NCBI RefSeq assembly: GCF_963921235.1
Contig: NC_086101.1
Span: forward strand, 156,612,001-156,676,000
Direction: 5' to 3'
Length of the DNA: 64,000 nt
DNA from: Mobula hypostoma
Lineage: Eukaryota
Shown here: positions 62,600 through 64,000 of the stretch, in pieces
Position numbering within the stretch: the first letter of the stretch is position 1
Layout: the number at the start of each line of letters is the position of its first letter
Notes under the pieces: model-generated
Told to the model about the DNA's origin: nothing
Databases searched by the model: none
What the model saw: only the letters and a program-made list of their open reading frames with translations
Program-made: the position numbers and the translations under genes

Positions 62600-63050
62600 T
62601 TCTTTGCAGTTCTACACACACCACCTTACTCTTATTCATTTCATGATTAATTTTAAATTTGATATGTGACACTTTGAATTAATACCTCCAATTTATGAAT
62701 CCAATATGTGAATGTAATTGGTGAGCACAAGATCATTGTGAGATGTCCCATTCTACTTTCCACCAGTCTGATAAAATCTTCTCAACGCACTCTGAATTTT
62801 TGCTTTCTGTTGACCCTCCCCTTATTTTTTTTACCTGAACTGTGAAGTCATACATTCTGTTGTGATAACTCATCAAAGTTTTCCTAAAAGTCCAACTACA
62901 TTGCACCCAATGCGTGTTCTGTCAGTGTTGCCCATTACTTATCAAAAGAATTGAATATTAGCTAAACTGGACATCAATCCTGACATTTTTTATTCTTTTC
63001 TCCATTCTCTAGAAGGTTTCTAAGCAACATTTTTGTAAAGATTTCTGACG
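62600..63050 (-). pseudogene. Very ancient CR1-like reverse transcriptase remnant
   Basis: Minus strand gives decayed SLANIQFF.., AM*LDF*ENFDELSQ (cf. VYLDFQKAFDKVPH), FSDWWKV-like and KCHISNL (cf. KCSISKF) blocks in the correct order. Confidence 0.55.
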
Positions 63051-64000
63051 CTTTTCCTGCCAAGTTCCAAACAACACTTCAAAAATATTTTACATCACTT
63101 TCTCTAACCTTAGTGACATCAGGATGTTGTGCATGGGATAAAAAGGAAGTTATCTGTTCTTGTCAGAGACAGATCTGAACCAGTTTCCATATTATTGAGA
63201 AGGTAGCATGTTGACAAGAACTGGGAAAACTTGGCTTGAGGCATTGTTCATTCCAGGACATGACCATAATGCTTTCTGGGTCCATAATCTCTGATGTACC
63301 CAATGCACTCTGCTGTTCATTGATGTCACAGGGGGTTAATCAACCTGGGTTTTTAGGTTTGTTGAAACCTCAAGATGTCAAACTAGATGTCATCACTGGC
63401 TGAAGGTGACTCTAAATGCTTCTGTTTTCAATAGGCACTCTAGTACTGTATTTGTCCACAGTTCTCATTGAACATGTTTTAACAATAATGTTAAAGACAA
63501 AGTCATTCTGGGCCATGAGATAAGAGATTGTAGTGCGATATAATTATGTAGTGTTTGGTAGCCCACACTGATGAAAAGATGTCCAGGGTTTGGCTATTGA
63601 CTTCCATCTCCCAGAATGTTAGTGTTGCACAACATTAAGAAGTGTACCTGTCATGTAAAAATGGGACTTCATTAGTTAGACAATTGGATACTCCTCTGAA
63701 TATAGATTAGTTCTTCCATCACCAGTGTCAGACTTATCCTGGTTATTATGTCCTTCATGACATGACCACCTGTGTTAATAATTGTGCAACTGAGCCAGTC
63801 TTGAGGATGAGCACTGAAGTCACTCACTTGAAGCACCTTCTCTTTCCTTGCTCGGAACTTTCTTGAACTAGTGTTCAAACTGTGAAATCACCCTCTTCCA
63901 AATATTCAAAGTTTAGCCTCATAGAAAATGTGAACTAACCATTGCTGCGAAGTTGACATTTTGAGTTGAGGTCCTTCGTCTGGTCCAGCTGAAGTATCTC

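Noticed and set aside
63828-64000. Minus-strand mini-exons (CACAG acceptor, GTGAGT donor)
   Set aside because: The upstream 'exon' is a decayed Penelope hammerhead remnant (CCAGACGAAGGACCTCAACTCAAAATGTCAACT) and the implied intron is only ~60 nt.

Overview
This is eukaryotic, AT-rich, repeat-dense genomic DNA. The repeat content (CR1 LINEs, Rex1/Babar LINEs, Penelope-like element ends, V-SINEs) points to a cartilaginous fish, probably a ray; that assignment is inferred from recognised repeat families, not from a search. I found no recognisable host protein-coding gene, rRNA, tRNA gene or CRISPR array, so the window looks intergenic or intronic. Nearly all longer ORFs in the track are decayed retroelement ORFs or their antisense shadows. 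Roughly half or more of the window is interspersed repeats: many CR1 and Rex1/Babar fragments, one RTE, one Zenon-like CR1-group LINE, an internally deleted Gypsy LTR element, Tc1 and hAT remnants, and many Penelope-like 3' ends. The most interesting signals are: (1) three intact minimal type-I hammerhead ribozyme motifs in a young Penelope-like subfamily, plus a recurrent ~200-bp palindromic derivative folded back at the ribozyme; (2) a ~100-bp fold-back hairpin at 28344-28555 whose substitutions are biased toward G.U pairs on the + strand; (3) templated insertions and nested insertions; (4) a few weak + strand exon candidates. None of these is shown to be a new biological system. Boundaries of old repeats are approximate (tens of bp).
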